From an uncultured Planctomycetia bacterium (GTDB lineage: Bacteria > Omnitrophota > Gorgyraeia > Duberdicusellales > 4484-171): a stretch of 64,000 nucleotides of DNA. The notes beneath the pieces are model-generated. The model saw only the letters and a program-made list of their open reading frames with translations. It was not told the DNA's origin and ran no database searches. Below are positions 51,918 to 61,118 of the stretch, in pieces. Within the stretch, counting starts at the first letter, position 1, and each line of letters begins with the position of its first letter. The stretch is taken from assembly GCA_964455085.1 (NCBI GenBank), contig CAYVYJ010000007.1:4277-68276 (forward strand). The letters run 5' to 3'. The translations under genes were made by a program, and so were the position numbers.

Positions 51918-52947
51918 TTTTTAATTTCCTTGTCAGATCTTTTACCTTTTTTTCAAGTTCTTTTATCTTCTTGTAAAGATCTGGTAAACGCTGTACGCAA
52001 GCATTTACCCTGCATGCGGTCTGGTGAGGTTTTGCCGGATATCCTGAGACTTTCACCCCGGCCGGCACAGACTTTGTTACTCCGGCCTGAGCAGCAACAA
52101 TTGCTTTATCACCAATACGGATATGCCCGACTATTCCGGCTTGACCAGCTAAAATCACTTCTTTACCTAAAACAGTACTTCCCGATATGCCGGCCTGAGC
52201 AATAATAATACAATTTTCACCGGTCACTACATTATGGGCAATTTGAACAAGATTATCAATCTTAGTTCCTTTACCAATAATTGTCTTATCAAATCTAGCT
52301 CTATCAATAGTAACATTTGCGCCAATTTCAGCATCATCTTCTATAGAAACCGTTCCGATTTGAGGTATTTTCGCTTGTACTCCTCCAACCATAGTAAAAC
52401 CAAATCCATCGCTGCCAATCACTGTTCCGGAGTGAATAATTACCCGGTCGCCTATTTCTGTACCTTCTCTTATGGAAACATGAGGATAGACAAGACACTT
52501 TTCCCCGACTTTCGCTAAACGGCCAAGATAACAGCCAGCATAGATAATTGAACCTTGCCCCACTTCGACGCCGTCTTCAATAACTGCATGAGCACCCACA
52601 GCTACATCTTTTGCCAGAGTGGCCCCCTCAGAGATTACTGCGCTGGGATGAATTCCTTGAGGATGTTCAATCTTATGGGGAGCAGCCAGACTAACCACCT
52701 TGGTAAAAGCCATTGAGGGATTATCAGTCTTAATTAAAGGCTTAGAGGTTTCAATATTCTCCCGAGAAGTAATTATCGCCGCTGCTTTTGTTGTCTCCAC
52801 TAAAGAGATATACTTAGAGTTAGCCAAAAAGGTTATATCACCATCTTTAGCTTCTTCTATCCCCGAGATGCCGGTAATCGCAATCTTGGAGTCACCGACT
52901 AACTCCCCTCCGACTAAATCGGCAATTTCACCAAGGGTGAATCTCAT
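51904..52947 (-). CDS. lpxD: UDP-3-O-acylglucosamine N-acyltransferase
   Basis: GSDGFGF, IGANVTIDRA, KIDNLVQIAHNV. Confidence 0.97.
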   Translation of the reverse strand: MRFTLGEIADLVGGELVGDSKIAITGISGIEEAKDGDITFLANSKYISLVETTKAAAIITSRENIETSKPLIKTDNPSMAFTKVVSLAAPHKIEHPQGIHPSAVISEGATLAKDVAVGAHAVIEDGVEVGQGSIIYAGCYLGRLAKVGEKCLVYPHVSIREGTEIGDRVIIHSGTVIGSDGFGFTMVGGVQAKIPQIGTVSIEDDAEIGANVTIDRARFDKTIIGKGTKIDNLVQIAHNVVTGENCIIIAQAGISGSTVLGKEVILAGQAGIVGHIRIGDKAIVAAQAGVTKSVPAGVKVSGYPAKPHQTACRVNACVQRLPDLYKKIKELEKKVKDLTRKLKNEGR

Positions 52948-53453
52948 TTCTTCTTATATTTTTGGTTAGAAATCTTAAGGATCTCCGAAGTTATCTCCAG
53001 AGCTTTTGCGCCGTAGAGAACAGCATTTTGATTAACAATTAGATCAAAACCATTTTTTTGGGCATAATCTTTAATTATGGCATCGATATCTTCGACTATA
53101 ACTTTCATCTTTTCGTCTCTTTCTTTTTTCACATCAGTAAATACTTCTCTTTCTAAATCGCGATACTCTTTAATTTCTTTACTGAGGCTTTCCTCTTCTT
53201 TGACCTTCTCTCCTTCTTTAAGCAAACTTAATTTATTCTGCAGCTTCTCAATGGTCTCTTTCTTGTTCTCCAGCTTTTTCTCAGCTACCTTCTTTTTTTC
53301 TTCTAATTTCGCATCATAATCTTTAGTCTTCTGATATTCATTAAAAACTTCCAATATATTCACATAACCAATTTTCAACTCCTTGGAAAAACAAGGAGAA
53401 GAAAATGACATCAGTACTGCTAAAGCTAACAAACAACTAAGAAAACGCCTCAT
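52944..53453 (-). CDS. skp: Skp/OmpH periplasmic chaperone
   Basis: Signal peptide, KIGYVN, coiled coil, between bamA and lpxD; SD AAGGAGG before ATG 53453. Confidence 0.92.
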   Translation of the reverse strand: MRRFLSCLLALAVLMSFSSPCFSKELKIGYVNILEVFNEYQKTKDYDAKLEEKKKVAEKKLENKKETIEKLQNKLSLLKEGEKVKEEESLSKEIKEYRDLEREVFTDVKKERDEKMKVIVEDIDAIIKDYAQKNGFDLIVNQNAVLYGAKALEITSEILKISNQKYKKK

Positions 53454-53473
53454 AAACACACCTCCTTAAATAA

Positions 53474-53568
53474 CCCTGACAGAGTCGAGGGAATTAAACC
53501 CTGAGTATTACCGAACCCTTCGACTACGCTCAGGATTCGGCCCTGAGTATCACCGAAGGGCCGAAGGG
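53474..53568. repeat. Cluster of REP-like palindromic repeats, one nested within another
   Basis: CCCTGACAGAGTCGAGGG; CCCTGAGTATTA-CCGAA-[CCCTTCGACTACGCTCAGGATTCGGCCCTGAGTATCACCGAAGGG]-CCGAA-GGG. Confidence 0.8.
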
Positions 53569-53569
53569 T

Positions 53570-55843
53570 CTAAAATGCTCTGCTTACATTAAAGTGAAAT
53601 CTTCCTTCTTTACTCTCCTCTCCTGGCTCAGTATCCAGAGGCCAACCGTAGTCAACGCTTACCGGGCCGATAGGAGTCTTTACCCTAAAACCTAAACCGA
53701 CACTAGACTTAAACCCGCTCTTATCAACATTACTGCTATCATTTCCCCAAACCTTCCCTGAATCAACAAAGGTAGCGACTTTCAGGAAATCAGCTAAAGG
53801 ATAAGTATATTCTATATTACCAATAAGCATCTTGTCGCCACCTACCGGATCTTCGGTATTTTTATCAATTGGCCCGACCTTTCTTTCTTGATAACCACGG
53901 ACAGTATCGGCACCTCCAGCAAAGAACCGCTCATAGATGGGTATTTTTGAGGTGTCGCCGAAGTCTTCAGCAAAGCCACCGCGGAGTTTCAACTCAACTA
54001 CTGCCTTTTTAGGAACCGGAAAATAAAAACTTACCCGGCCAAAATATTTAAAGAAATCTCTATCGCCAGCAAAAGGCCCTCCAAAGAGTTGTAAAGTGTT
54101 TCGAACATACAGTCCTTTTGAAGGAGAAAAAACATTGTCCCGACTATCATAACTTAGATAAGTCTCGCCGCTACTTAAGTCAGTACTTCCTATCTCATCA
54201 GTAAGCTCTGAGGTTGCTCCGCTAACAACATCACCGATAGTTACATTTTCAAATCTATAAGCAACTCCCCCATGCCAGTAATCATTAAATTCACGACCTA
54301 AGCGTAAGGCTCCGCCTTCTACCTCTTCCTCATAGGCATAACCAACATTATCATCCTGTTGATGCCCTCGTTTATAGCCATCAATGCCGAATGAAACCGG
54401 TTTATCAAATATCCAAGGGTTGGTAAAACTTAGCTGAAACTTTTCAGTTAAAGTTCCCATGCTAAACATTAAGCTTAAATCTTGACCGGCACCGGTAAAG
54501 GTAGAAAAATTCCGATAGTCAAAATTACGCTGTCTTATTTCTACAAACCCCATAAACTCATCTATCGAACTATATCCACCGCCAAAGCTAAAATATCCCG
54601 TCTTAGCTTCTTTTACGTCAACAATCAAATCAACATTATCAGGTTGTGACCCCGGGTCAGTACCAAATCTTATTTCTTCAAAGAACCCTAAATTCTCGAT
54701 TCTTTCCTTACTTTTCCTTATCTTTTTGCCATCAAATCTCTCTCCGGGATAAACTCTCAGCTCGCGGCGGATTACCTTATCTTTAGTCTTGACGTTTCCT
54801 TTAATATTGATATCTTCAATATAGGCAATTCTGTTCTCGATAATCTTGTAAGTAATATCTACCTCTTCAGTATCGGGATTAAAGAAGCTGAACGGGTCGA
54901 TCTGAGAAAATATGTAGCCCTTATCAACATAAACCTCTCTTATGCGTGAAGAGTCAACATAGACAGCTTGCTCACTAAACACGCTACCTCTTTTTAGTTC
55001 TAAGGCTGCCATTACGCTCTCAAGCGGAATCTCTTCGGCGCCTTCTATCTTTATCTGCCCTACCCGATAACGCCTGCCTTCATCAATGTTAACCTTAAGA
55101 TAAACGCCTTTGGGCCGATGTTCGACATCAACATCTACAACCACATCGCTAAAACCCTCTAATTTATAAAAATCACTTATTCTTCTTATATCATCATCAA
55201 GAACTTCTTTTTTAAAAATTCCTCGATTGAGTAACCATGCTTTTCTGGTCTTCATTAATTTTATAATTCTACCGGCGCTTATGATTATATTTCCCTTAAT
55301 TGTTACGCCTCTAACTTTTAAAATTCCTTTCTCACTAATTATCAACTTTACTCTAACTTTATTCTGCCCGTCAAGGGGAGTTATCTGGTAGGAAATCTCA
55401 GCTTGAGAAAAACCTTTGAGGCTATAAAGATCTTTTATTTTTCTTATTGCCTCTTTTACCTTATATTCATCGATAAAAGATCCTTCTTCTATGTCTAATG
55501 AGTCCAAAATCTTCTTCTTGCGAATAAAGCGCATACCTTCAATGCTTATCTTATCAAGCAAAGGCTTCTCTCTAACCTTAAAAAGAACAACTACCCCTTC
55601 CGGAAACTCATTTTTCTCTGCCTCGACAATTTCAAAAAAACCAGTGGCATAAAGATTTTTTACGTCTTCATTAATAACATTCTCATTATAGGTCTGGCCA
55701 GCCCGAATCTTAATTTTAGAGATAATTGTGGCATCACTAACCAATTCATTACCTTCAATATCAATACGAGATATCGAACTTTGGGGGTAAGCAGTTAAGC
55801 TAAAACACAAAAAGAGTGAAAATAACAGGATTTTTCGCATCAT
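53570..55843 (-). CDS. bamA: Outer membrane protein assembly factor BamA
   Basis: Five POTRA domains, GNVKTKDKVIRRE, GGADTVRGY, C-terminal F. Confidence 0.97.
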   Translation of the reverse strand: MMRKILLFSLFLCFSLTAYPQSSISRIDIEGNELVSDATIISKIKIRAGQTYNENVINEDVKNLYATGFFEIVEAEKNEFPEGVVVLFKVREKPLLDKISIEGMRFIRKKKILDSLDIEEGSFIDEYKVKEAIRKIKDLYSLKGFSQAEISYQITPLDGQNKVRVKLIISEKGILKVRGVTIKGNIIISAGRIIKLMKTRKAWLLNRGIFKKEVLDDDIRRISDFYKLEGFSDVVVDVDVEHRPKGVYLKVNIDEGRRYRVGQIKIEGAEEIPLESVMAALELKRGSVFSEQAVYVDSSRIREVYVDKGYIFSQIDPFSFFNPDTEEVDITYKIIENRIAYIEDINIKGNVKTKDKVIRRELRVYPGERFDGKKIRKSKERIENLGFFEEIRFGTDPGSQPDNVDLIVDVKEAKTGYFSFGGGYSSIDEFMGFVEIRQRNFDYRNFSTFTGAGQDLSLMFSMGTLTEKFQLSFTNPWIFDKPVSFGIDGYKRGHQQDDNVGYAYEEEVEGGALRLGREFNDYWHGGVAYRFENVTIGDVVSGATSELTDEIGSTDLSSGETYLSYDSRDNVFSPSKGLYVRNTLQLFGGPFAGDRDFFKYFGRVSFYFPVPKKAVVELKLRGGFAEDFGDTSKIPIYERFFAGGADTVRGYQERKVGPIDKNTEDPVGGDKMLIGNIEYTYPLADFLKVATFVDSGKVWGNDSSNVDKSGFKSSVGLGFRVKTPIGPVSVDYGWPLDTEPGEESKEGRFHFNVSRAF

Positions 55844-55875
55844 TTTAAATATTATAAAGGCATTATTGATCAAAG

Positions 55876-57228
55876 TCAATCTTCCTTTTCTCTAGCCATA
55901 TCGGCAAATTTCGTATATTCTTTCAAGAAAGTCAACTTAATAGTCCCTACCGGTCCATTTCTTTGCTTGGCAATAATAATATCGGCTATGCCGATATTTT
56001 CATCAGTAGGCTTATAATATTCCTCCCGGAAAAGAAGAACAACCACATCAGCATCTTGTTCAATCGCTCCTGATTCTCTTAAATCCGATAACTTAGGGCG
56101 GTGACCTTCGCGCGATTCAACAGCTCTTGATAGCTGGCTTACGGCAATCACCGGAACGCCTAATTCCTTGGCCAAAGCCTTCAAGCTCTGCGAGATATCT
56201 GATATTTCCTGCTGACGATTATCTCCCCGACGCGTACCTCTAATCAACTGCAGGTAATCCACAAGAACCAACTGAACATCATAGTGCGCTTTTAGACGTC
56301 TTGCTTTTGCCCTTATTTCAAAAATATTCATCGCTGGGGTATCGTCGATATAAATCGGGGCTTCAGATAATTTTCCGGCAGCATTAGTCAAAATTGGCCA
56401 CTCCGAAGGAGCAAGAAAACCAGTTCTAACCCGGTTAATCTCAACCTTTGCCTGGGAACATAAGAAACGCTGCATCAGCTGTTCCTTGGACATCTCCAAA
56501 CTAAAAATAGCTACCGGGATTTTCTCCTCTACAGCAACATAACTAGCGATAGTAGTAACAAAGGCACTCTTACCCATTGAAGGCCTACCAGCGGCAATTA
56601 TTAAATCGCCTTTTTGCAAGCCAGCGGTCTTTAAATCGAAATCCTTAAATCCGGTAGGAACCCCGGTTACCCGTGATTTTTTATGATAAAGAGATTCAAT
56701 AAGCTCTATGCCATCTTTAATTATATCCTTTATATGAACATAGCCGCCCTCGATACGGCGGTCACTTATTTCAAAAATCAGTTTCTCAGCTTTATCTAAA
56801 ATATTGCTAACTTCTTCCTGTTCCTTATAGACCAAAGAAGCAATCTCATTGGTACTGTCAATTAGAAAACGTAAAATACCTTTCTCCTTAACAATGCGCG
56901 CATAGTGAGTAGCATTAGCTGAATTGGGGACAAAATCGGCTAGGGTAGTCAGGTAGACACTGCCACCTATCTTCGCCAATAGCTTCCTTTTATTTAAGTC
57001 TTCAGAAACTGTTAAGATATCGACTTTTTTTCGGGCATCAAAGAGAGATATAATGGTTTTAAAAATAATCTGATGTTCTGTCCTGTAAAAATAGGCTTCA
57101 TCAATAAACTCAAGGATTTCAGCGATGATTTTTTCATCAATGAGCATGGCACCTAAGGTAGCCATTTCAGCATCGATATTTTGGGGCGGGATTTTGTTTA
57201 ATTGCTGGACAGGACTATCTACGCTCAT
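55876..57228 (-). CDS. dnaB: Replicative DNA helicase
   Basis: PPQNIDAE, AGRPSMGKSA, VDYLQL, SQLSR, DLRESGAIEQDAD, KQRNGP. Confidence 0.99.
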   Translation of the reverse strand: MSVDSPVQQLNKIPPQNIDAEMATLGAMLIDEKIIAEILEFIDEAYFYRTEHQIIFKTIISLFDARKKVDILTVSEDLNKRKLLAKIGGSVYLTTLADFVPNSANATHYARIVKEKGILRFLIDSTNEIASLVYKEQEEVSNILDKAEKLIFEISDRRIEGGYVHIKDIIKDGIELIESLYHKKSRVTGVPTGFKDFDLKTAGLQKGDLIIAAGRPSMGKSAFVTTIASYVAVEEKIPVAIFSLEMSKEQLMQRFLCSQAKVEINRVRTGFLAPSEWPILTNAAGKLSEAPIYIDDTPAMNIFEIRAKARRLKAHYDVQLVLVDYLQLIRGTRRGDNRQQEISDISQSLKALAKELGVPVIAVSQLSRAVESREGHRPKLSDLRESGAIEQDADVVVLLFREEYYKPTDENIGIADIIIAKQRNGPVGTIKLTFLKEYTKFADMAREKED

Positions 57229-57247
57229 TTTAAAATCTTACTCAAGG

Positions 57248-57691
57248 TTACTTCTTCACAACCCAAACCCGCAGAGTTGCCTCTACTTCAGGATAAATGT
57301 ACACTTTTAAGTTGTAAACCCCTAATTTACTTATCGGCTCCTCTATCACCAAAGCACTCTTATCTAACTCTATTCCTTCAGCCTGAAGAAGTTTCAAGAT
57401 TTGTGCTTCGCTAATTGTCCCGTAAAGCTCCTCATCTTTCTTAACTTCAGCAGTAATAGTTAAAGAAACTTTCTCAATTTTCTCTTTTACCTTTAAGAAA
57501 TCTTGTCTCTTCTTCTCTTCAGCTTTGGTTTTAACCCTTTTTATCTCTTCAAGCCGCTTAAAATTCCCATCTGCAGCTACCAAAGCTATACCTTGAGGAA
57601 TAAGGTAATTACGGCCGTAACCATCTTTAACCTCTGCTATATCCCCTTCTTTACCTAACTTTTTTAAATCTTTAAGAAGAATTACTCGCAC
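57248..57691 (-). CDS. rplI: 50S ribosomal protein L9
   Basis: VILLKD..KLGKEGDI.EVKDGYGRNYLIPQG. Confidence 0.97.
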   Translation of the reverse strand: MRVILLKDLKKLGKEGDIAEVKDGYGRNYLIPQGIALVAADGNFKRLEEIKRVKTKAEEKKRQDFLKVKEKIEKVSLTITAEVKKDEELYGTISEAQILKLLQAEGIELDKSALVIEEPISKLGVYNLKVYIYPEVEATLRVWVVKK

Positions 57692-57759
57692 TTCTGTTAT
57701 AACCTCCTTCTAGTCGCACTTAAGAACTCTGCTGACCGCAATATCGACTCAAACTGGTT

Positions 57760-58029
57760 TTAAGAAAAAACTCTCCCGGTATAAGGAATTAGATTAAGGA
57801 ATCTTGCGCGTTTAATTTCCCGGGCTATTTTTCGTTGATGCTTAGCGCAATTACCGCTGATGCGTCGCGAAAGAATCTTCCCCCGGGAAGAAACGTAGCG
57901 CGTAATGAGTTCTATGTTCTTATAGTCTATCTCTAACTCATTTTTACAAAAAACACAATCTTTCTTAAACTTGATTCCTGTTCCCTTTCGAGGAACTCTT
58001 TTAGTATCTCTTGTTTTATCTCGTAGCAT
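57760..58029 (-). CDS. rpsR: 30S ribosomal protein S18
   Basis: [26 protein letters not shown]. Confidence 0.96.
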   Translation of the reverse strand: MLRDKTRDTKRVPRKGTGIKFKKDCVFCKNELEIDYKNIELITRYVSSRGKILSRRISGNCAKHQRKIAREIKRARFLNLIPYTGRVFS

Positions 58030-58030
58030 T

Positions 58031-58456
58031 TTAAATTGCCTCTCCTGATTTTTCGCTATTACTCTCTAAATTTACCGGCTCTTGTGGTTCTTCACCTAAA
58101 TCTACTTCCCGGGCCTCTTGTCTTATGCCTTGAGGTAGGAACTGCACTCTATTAGCTACCACCTCTAAAACACTTCTGTTTTTACCTTCATTATTCTGCC
58201 AACTTCTTGATTTAAGTCTTCCTTCAACGAAAATCGGCTTTCCTTTTTGTAAGTACTGATTGCAAACTTCGGCTAAATGGGCCCAGACAACAACATTAAC
58301 GAAACAAGTATCTCTCTGCATTTGCCCGCTTTTGTCTTTAAATGAACTATTCAAGGCCATTCCCAGAGTTACAACTGCTGTGCCCTGAGGTGTATATCTT
58401 AGCTCCGGGTCCCGGGTTAGGTTTCCGATCAACAATACCTTATTAAGTTCAACCAT
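58031..58456 (-). CDS. ssb: Single-stranded DNA-binding protein
   Basis: [24 protein letters not shown]; rpsF-ssb-rpsR order. Confidence 0.96.
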   Translation of the reverse strand: MVELNKVLLIGNLTRDPELRYTPQGTAVVTLGMALNSSFKDKSGQMQRDTCFVNVVVWAHLAEVCNQYLQKGKPIFVEGRLKSRSWQNNEGKNRSVLEVVANRVQFLPQGIRQEAREVDLGEEPQEPVNLESNSEKSGEAI

Positions 58457-58457
58457 T

Positions 58458-58802
58458 TTAATCCTCCTTGCTCAGCCCGGACTTAATCTTACTTTCCCGG
58501 TTTACAATGAGATTCCGCAATATCCTCTCTTCCAATCTTATGGTTTCTTTTAACTCTGCTAGCTTATCGTTATCGAGTGTAAAATTAATATGCCAATAAG
58601 AGCCTTTATGGTATTTTTTCTTATCGGCCCCCCTTCCGCGCAAAAAATAATAAAATTTTCTCTCCTTGGCCCATATTTTAGAGGTTAAAACCTCACCTCC
58701 TGAATCCTTAATCCGTTTAGTAATTTTTTCAAAAATTTCCTCTCGGGTTTGATCTTCCAAGTCTGGTCTCAAAATAATCATGCTCTCATAATCCTTACTC
58801 AC
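58458..58802 (-). CDS. rpsF: 30S ribosomal protein S6
   Basis: YESMIILRPDL, ILRNLIV; synteny. Confidence 0.92.
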   Translation of the reverse strand: MSKDYESMIILRPDLEDQTREEIFEKITKRIKDSGGEVLTSKIWAKERKFYYFLRGRGADKKKYHKGSYWHINFTLDNDKLAELKETIRLEERILRNLIVNRESKIKSGLSKED

Positions 58803-58804
58803 TA

Positions 58805-59374
58805 CTATCCTCCTCGTCGATTATATTTTCTCATCGTAAAATCAATTCCCTTATCAACCCAATCCCAAGTTGCCGATACCGCCACCTGAATAACATCTGC
58901 TAAAATTTCTGTCTCTGATGAAGAAAAGTCAGAAAGAACATAGTCAGATAACTCCTCTGTCTCTATACCGCCAATGCCTACCCGCAGTCTGTTAATTTCC
59001 TCGCTCCCAAGCTCACGTTTTATCGAAGCCATACCTCGGTGCCCAGCAGAAGACCCTCGAGCTCTAAACCGGATCAGGCCTAAGGGTAAATCTACATCAT
59101 CATAAATTATCAAAATATCTGATCTGGGAACTTTATACTTTTCTAAAGTTTTCTTCACACATAACCCTGAATTATTCATAAAAGTGCGAGGTTTAATCAA
59201 AAAAAACCAACCTTGAGGATATGTTTTCTTAGCAATATAAGCTGATAACCAAAAACTTCTCTTAAATTCCAAACCTTGCGCTTTCACCAAGTTCTCGATG
59301 ACCTGATAACCGATGTTATGGCGATTATTTTTATATTTCGGACCGGGATTACCTAGACCAAAGATTATTTTCAC
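58805..59374 (-). CDS. pth: Peptidyl-tRNA hydrolase
   Basis: GLGNPG..Y..NRHNIG, KPRTFMNNSG, GSSAGHRG, RLRVGIG. Confidence 0.97.
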   Translation of the reverse strand: MKIIFGLGNPGPKYKNNRHNIGYQVIENLVKAQGLEFKRSFWLSAYIAKKTYPQGWFFLIKPRTFMNNSGLCVKKTLEKYKVPRSDILIIYDDVDLPLGLIRFRARGSSAGHRGMASIKRELGSEEINRLRVGIGGIETEELSDYVLSDFSSSETEILADVIQVAVSATWDWVDKGIDFTMRKYNRRGG

Positions 59375-59407
59375 TCTCTTTCAATTTCGAACTATGTGAG
59401 AAATTGT

Positions 59408-59436
59408 CCTGAACCCCGCCGTGGCGGGGTGAAGGG
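59408..59436. repeat. REP-like half element containing a GC hairpin
   Basis: CCTGAA-CCCCGCC-GT-GGCGGGG-TGAAGGG; flanks resemble the CCTGAG..CGAAGGG unit at 53.5 kb. Confidence 0.55.
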
Positions 59437-59446
59437 CCTAACTAAA

Positions 59447-60163
59447 TTATTCTTTCTTCTCTTTCTCTTCCTTCTTCTTCTCTTCCTTCTTCTTTTCTTC
59501 TTTTTCGGCCGGTTCTTTTCCCTCTGCTTCTTCCTTCTCCTTAATGACTTCCGGTTCAGCCGCTGCCTCTTCTTCAGTCGGAATTTCTTCTTCAGGTTCT
59601 TCCTGTTTAGCCAAGGCTGTAACTATCGAGGCCTGCATATCAGTCACAATTGTTATGTCCCCGGGAACCGTCAGATCAGAAACATGCAGAGAATGTCCAA
59701 TCACCAACTCCGAAACATCTATCTCTACTTTCTCCGGAATACTTAATGGAAGGCCTTCCACCTCTAATTCTCGTAAACTCTGCTCCAGAACCCCTCCCTC
59801 TTCTTTAACTCCTTTTGGCTCTCCTTTAAGAATTATCGGGATATGCACCTTTATTTTCTCTTTTAGGGAAACCTTTAAAAAATCAATATGAATAATCTCT
59901 TCGGTAAGAGGGTGATATTGAACAGCCTTAATAAGAACTGGAAGTGCCTTACTCTTCTGGCCGGCTATCTCCATATCAATTACGGTACTTTCAGAAAAAT
60001 GTATTGCCCGTAAAGTTTTCAAGACTGTGTGGGAGATGGTTAAAACTATGTTGGTATCTTCACTATAGACTACGGCCGGAACAAATCCCTGTTTACGTAA
60101 TTTCTTTACGCCTTCTTTCCCTATTGTATCTCTCTTATCAACCTTAATCTTCACTCGCTCCAT
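59447..60163 (-). CDS. rplY: 50S ribosomal protein L25/Ctc with charged tail
   Basis: LRKQGFVPAVVY, VQYHPL...HIDF, GVKEEGGVL; start at ATG 60163. Confidence 0.95.
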   Translation of the reverse strand: MERVKIKVDKRDTIGKEGVKKLRKQGFVPAVVYSEDTNIVLTISHTVLKTLRAIHFSESTVIDMEIAGQKSKALPVLIKAVQYHPLTEEIIHIDFLKVSLKEKIKVHIPIILKGEPKGVKEEGGVLEQSLRELEVEGLPLSIPEKVEIDVSELVIGHSLHVSDLTVPGDITIVTDMQASIVTALAKQEEPEEEIPTEEEAAAEPEVIKEKEEAEGKEPAEKEEKKKEEKKKEEKEKKE

Positions 60164-60167
60164 AGCA

Positions 60168-61115
60168 TCAACTCCCGATTGAATCAAAAAGCACGCTTAT
60201 TGACTTCTCAAAATGAATTCTCTTTATTGCCTCAGCAAGAACACCGCTCACAGAAATAACCTTTACCTTCTTTGACCTTTTACTCTTACCCAACGGTATA
60301 GAATCGGTAATGATTAAAGAATCGATCGAGGATTTATTTATCTTCTCCACCGCATTGTTGGATAAAATACCGTGAGTAATGGCAGCAAAAATCTTTTTTG
60401 CTCCGGCCTTCTTCAAAGCTTTAGCTGCTTCAGCTAAAGAAGAACCGGTAGCAACTATATCATCAACTATAATCACATTCTTACCCTTAACTTCTCCTAA
60501 TATATGCATGACTTCTGTTGCCTCTGGCGTATTTCTTCGCTTATCAACAATTGCTAGCCCGGCTCGAAACCTCTTGGCATAAGCCCTAGCCATCTTTATC
60601 CCCCCTACATCAGGGGAAGCAATCACTAAATTATTAATCTTTTTTCGTTTAAAATAATCTATAAATGTGTTAATCCCATAAAGATGATCCAAAGGGATAT
60701 CAAAAAAACCTTGAATCTGCCCGGCATGTAAGTCCAATGTTAGAACTCGGTTTGCTCCGGCCCCATCAAGAATATTAGCCACTAATTTAGCCGTAATCGG
60801 CACCCGGGGTTGATCTTTTCTGTCTTGACGGGCATAGCCGAAATAAGGAATTACTACGGTTATTCTGGAAGCAGAGGCTCGACGTAAAGCATCAAGAATA
60901 ATTAACAACTCTACTAAGTTTTCATTCACTGGCGGACAAGTAGGCTGGACAACAAAAACATCTTTACCTCTTACGTTCTCATGAACTTTCACTCCGATTT
61001 CACCGTCACTAAAACGACAAACGTCTAACTTCCCCAACTTAATTTTCAGGCTCTTAGAAATCTTCTCTGCCAACTTCCTGTTGGCTGTACCGCTAAAAAC
61101 CATCAACTTATCCAT
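60168..61115 (-). CDS. prs: Ribose-phosphate pyrophosphokinase
   Basis: FSDGEI, PYFGYARQDRK, DLHAGQIQGFF, SPDVGG, IVDDIVATG. Confidence 0.99.
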   Translation of the reverse strand: MDKLMVFSGTANRKLAEKISKSLKIKLGKLDVCRFSDGEIGVKVHENVRGKDVFVVQPTCPPVNENLVELLIILDALRRASASRITVVIPYFGYARQDRKDQPRVPITAKLVANILDGAGANRVLTLDLHAGQIQGFFDIPLDHLYGINTFIDYFKRKKINNLVIASPDVGGIKMARAYAKRFRAGLAIVDKRRNTPEATEVMHILGEVKGKNVIIVDDIVATGSSLAEAAKALKKAGAKKIFAAITHGILSNNAVEKINKSSIDSLIITDSIPLGKSKRSKKVKVISVSGVLAEAIKRIHFEKSISVLFDSIGS

Positions 61116-61118
61116 ATA

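Noticed and set aside
53474-53568. Possible mini CRISPR array
   Set aside because: Units are nested and palindromic without unique regular spacers, and no cas genes are present
59447-59600. Glu/Lys low-complexity repeat at the rplY 3' end
   Set aside because: Charged tails are common in long L25/Ctc proteins; not a DNA repeat array
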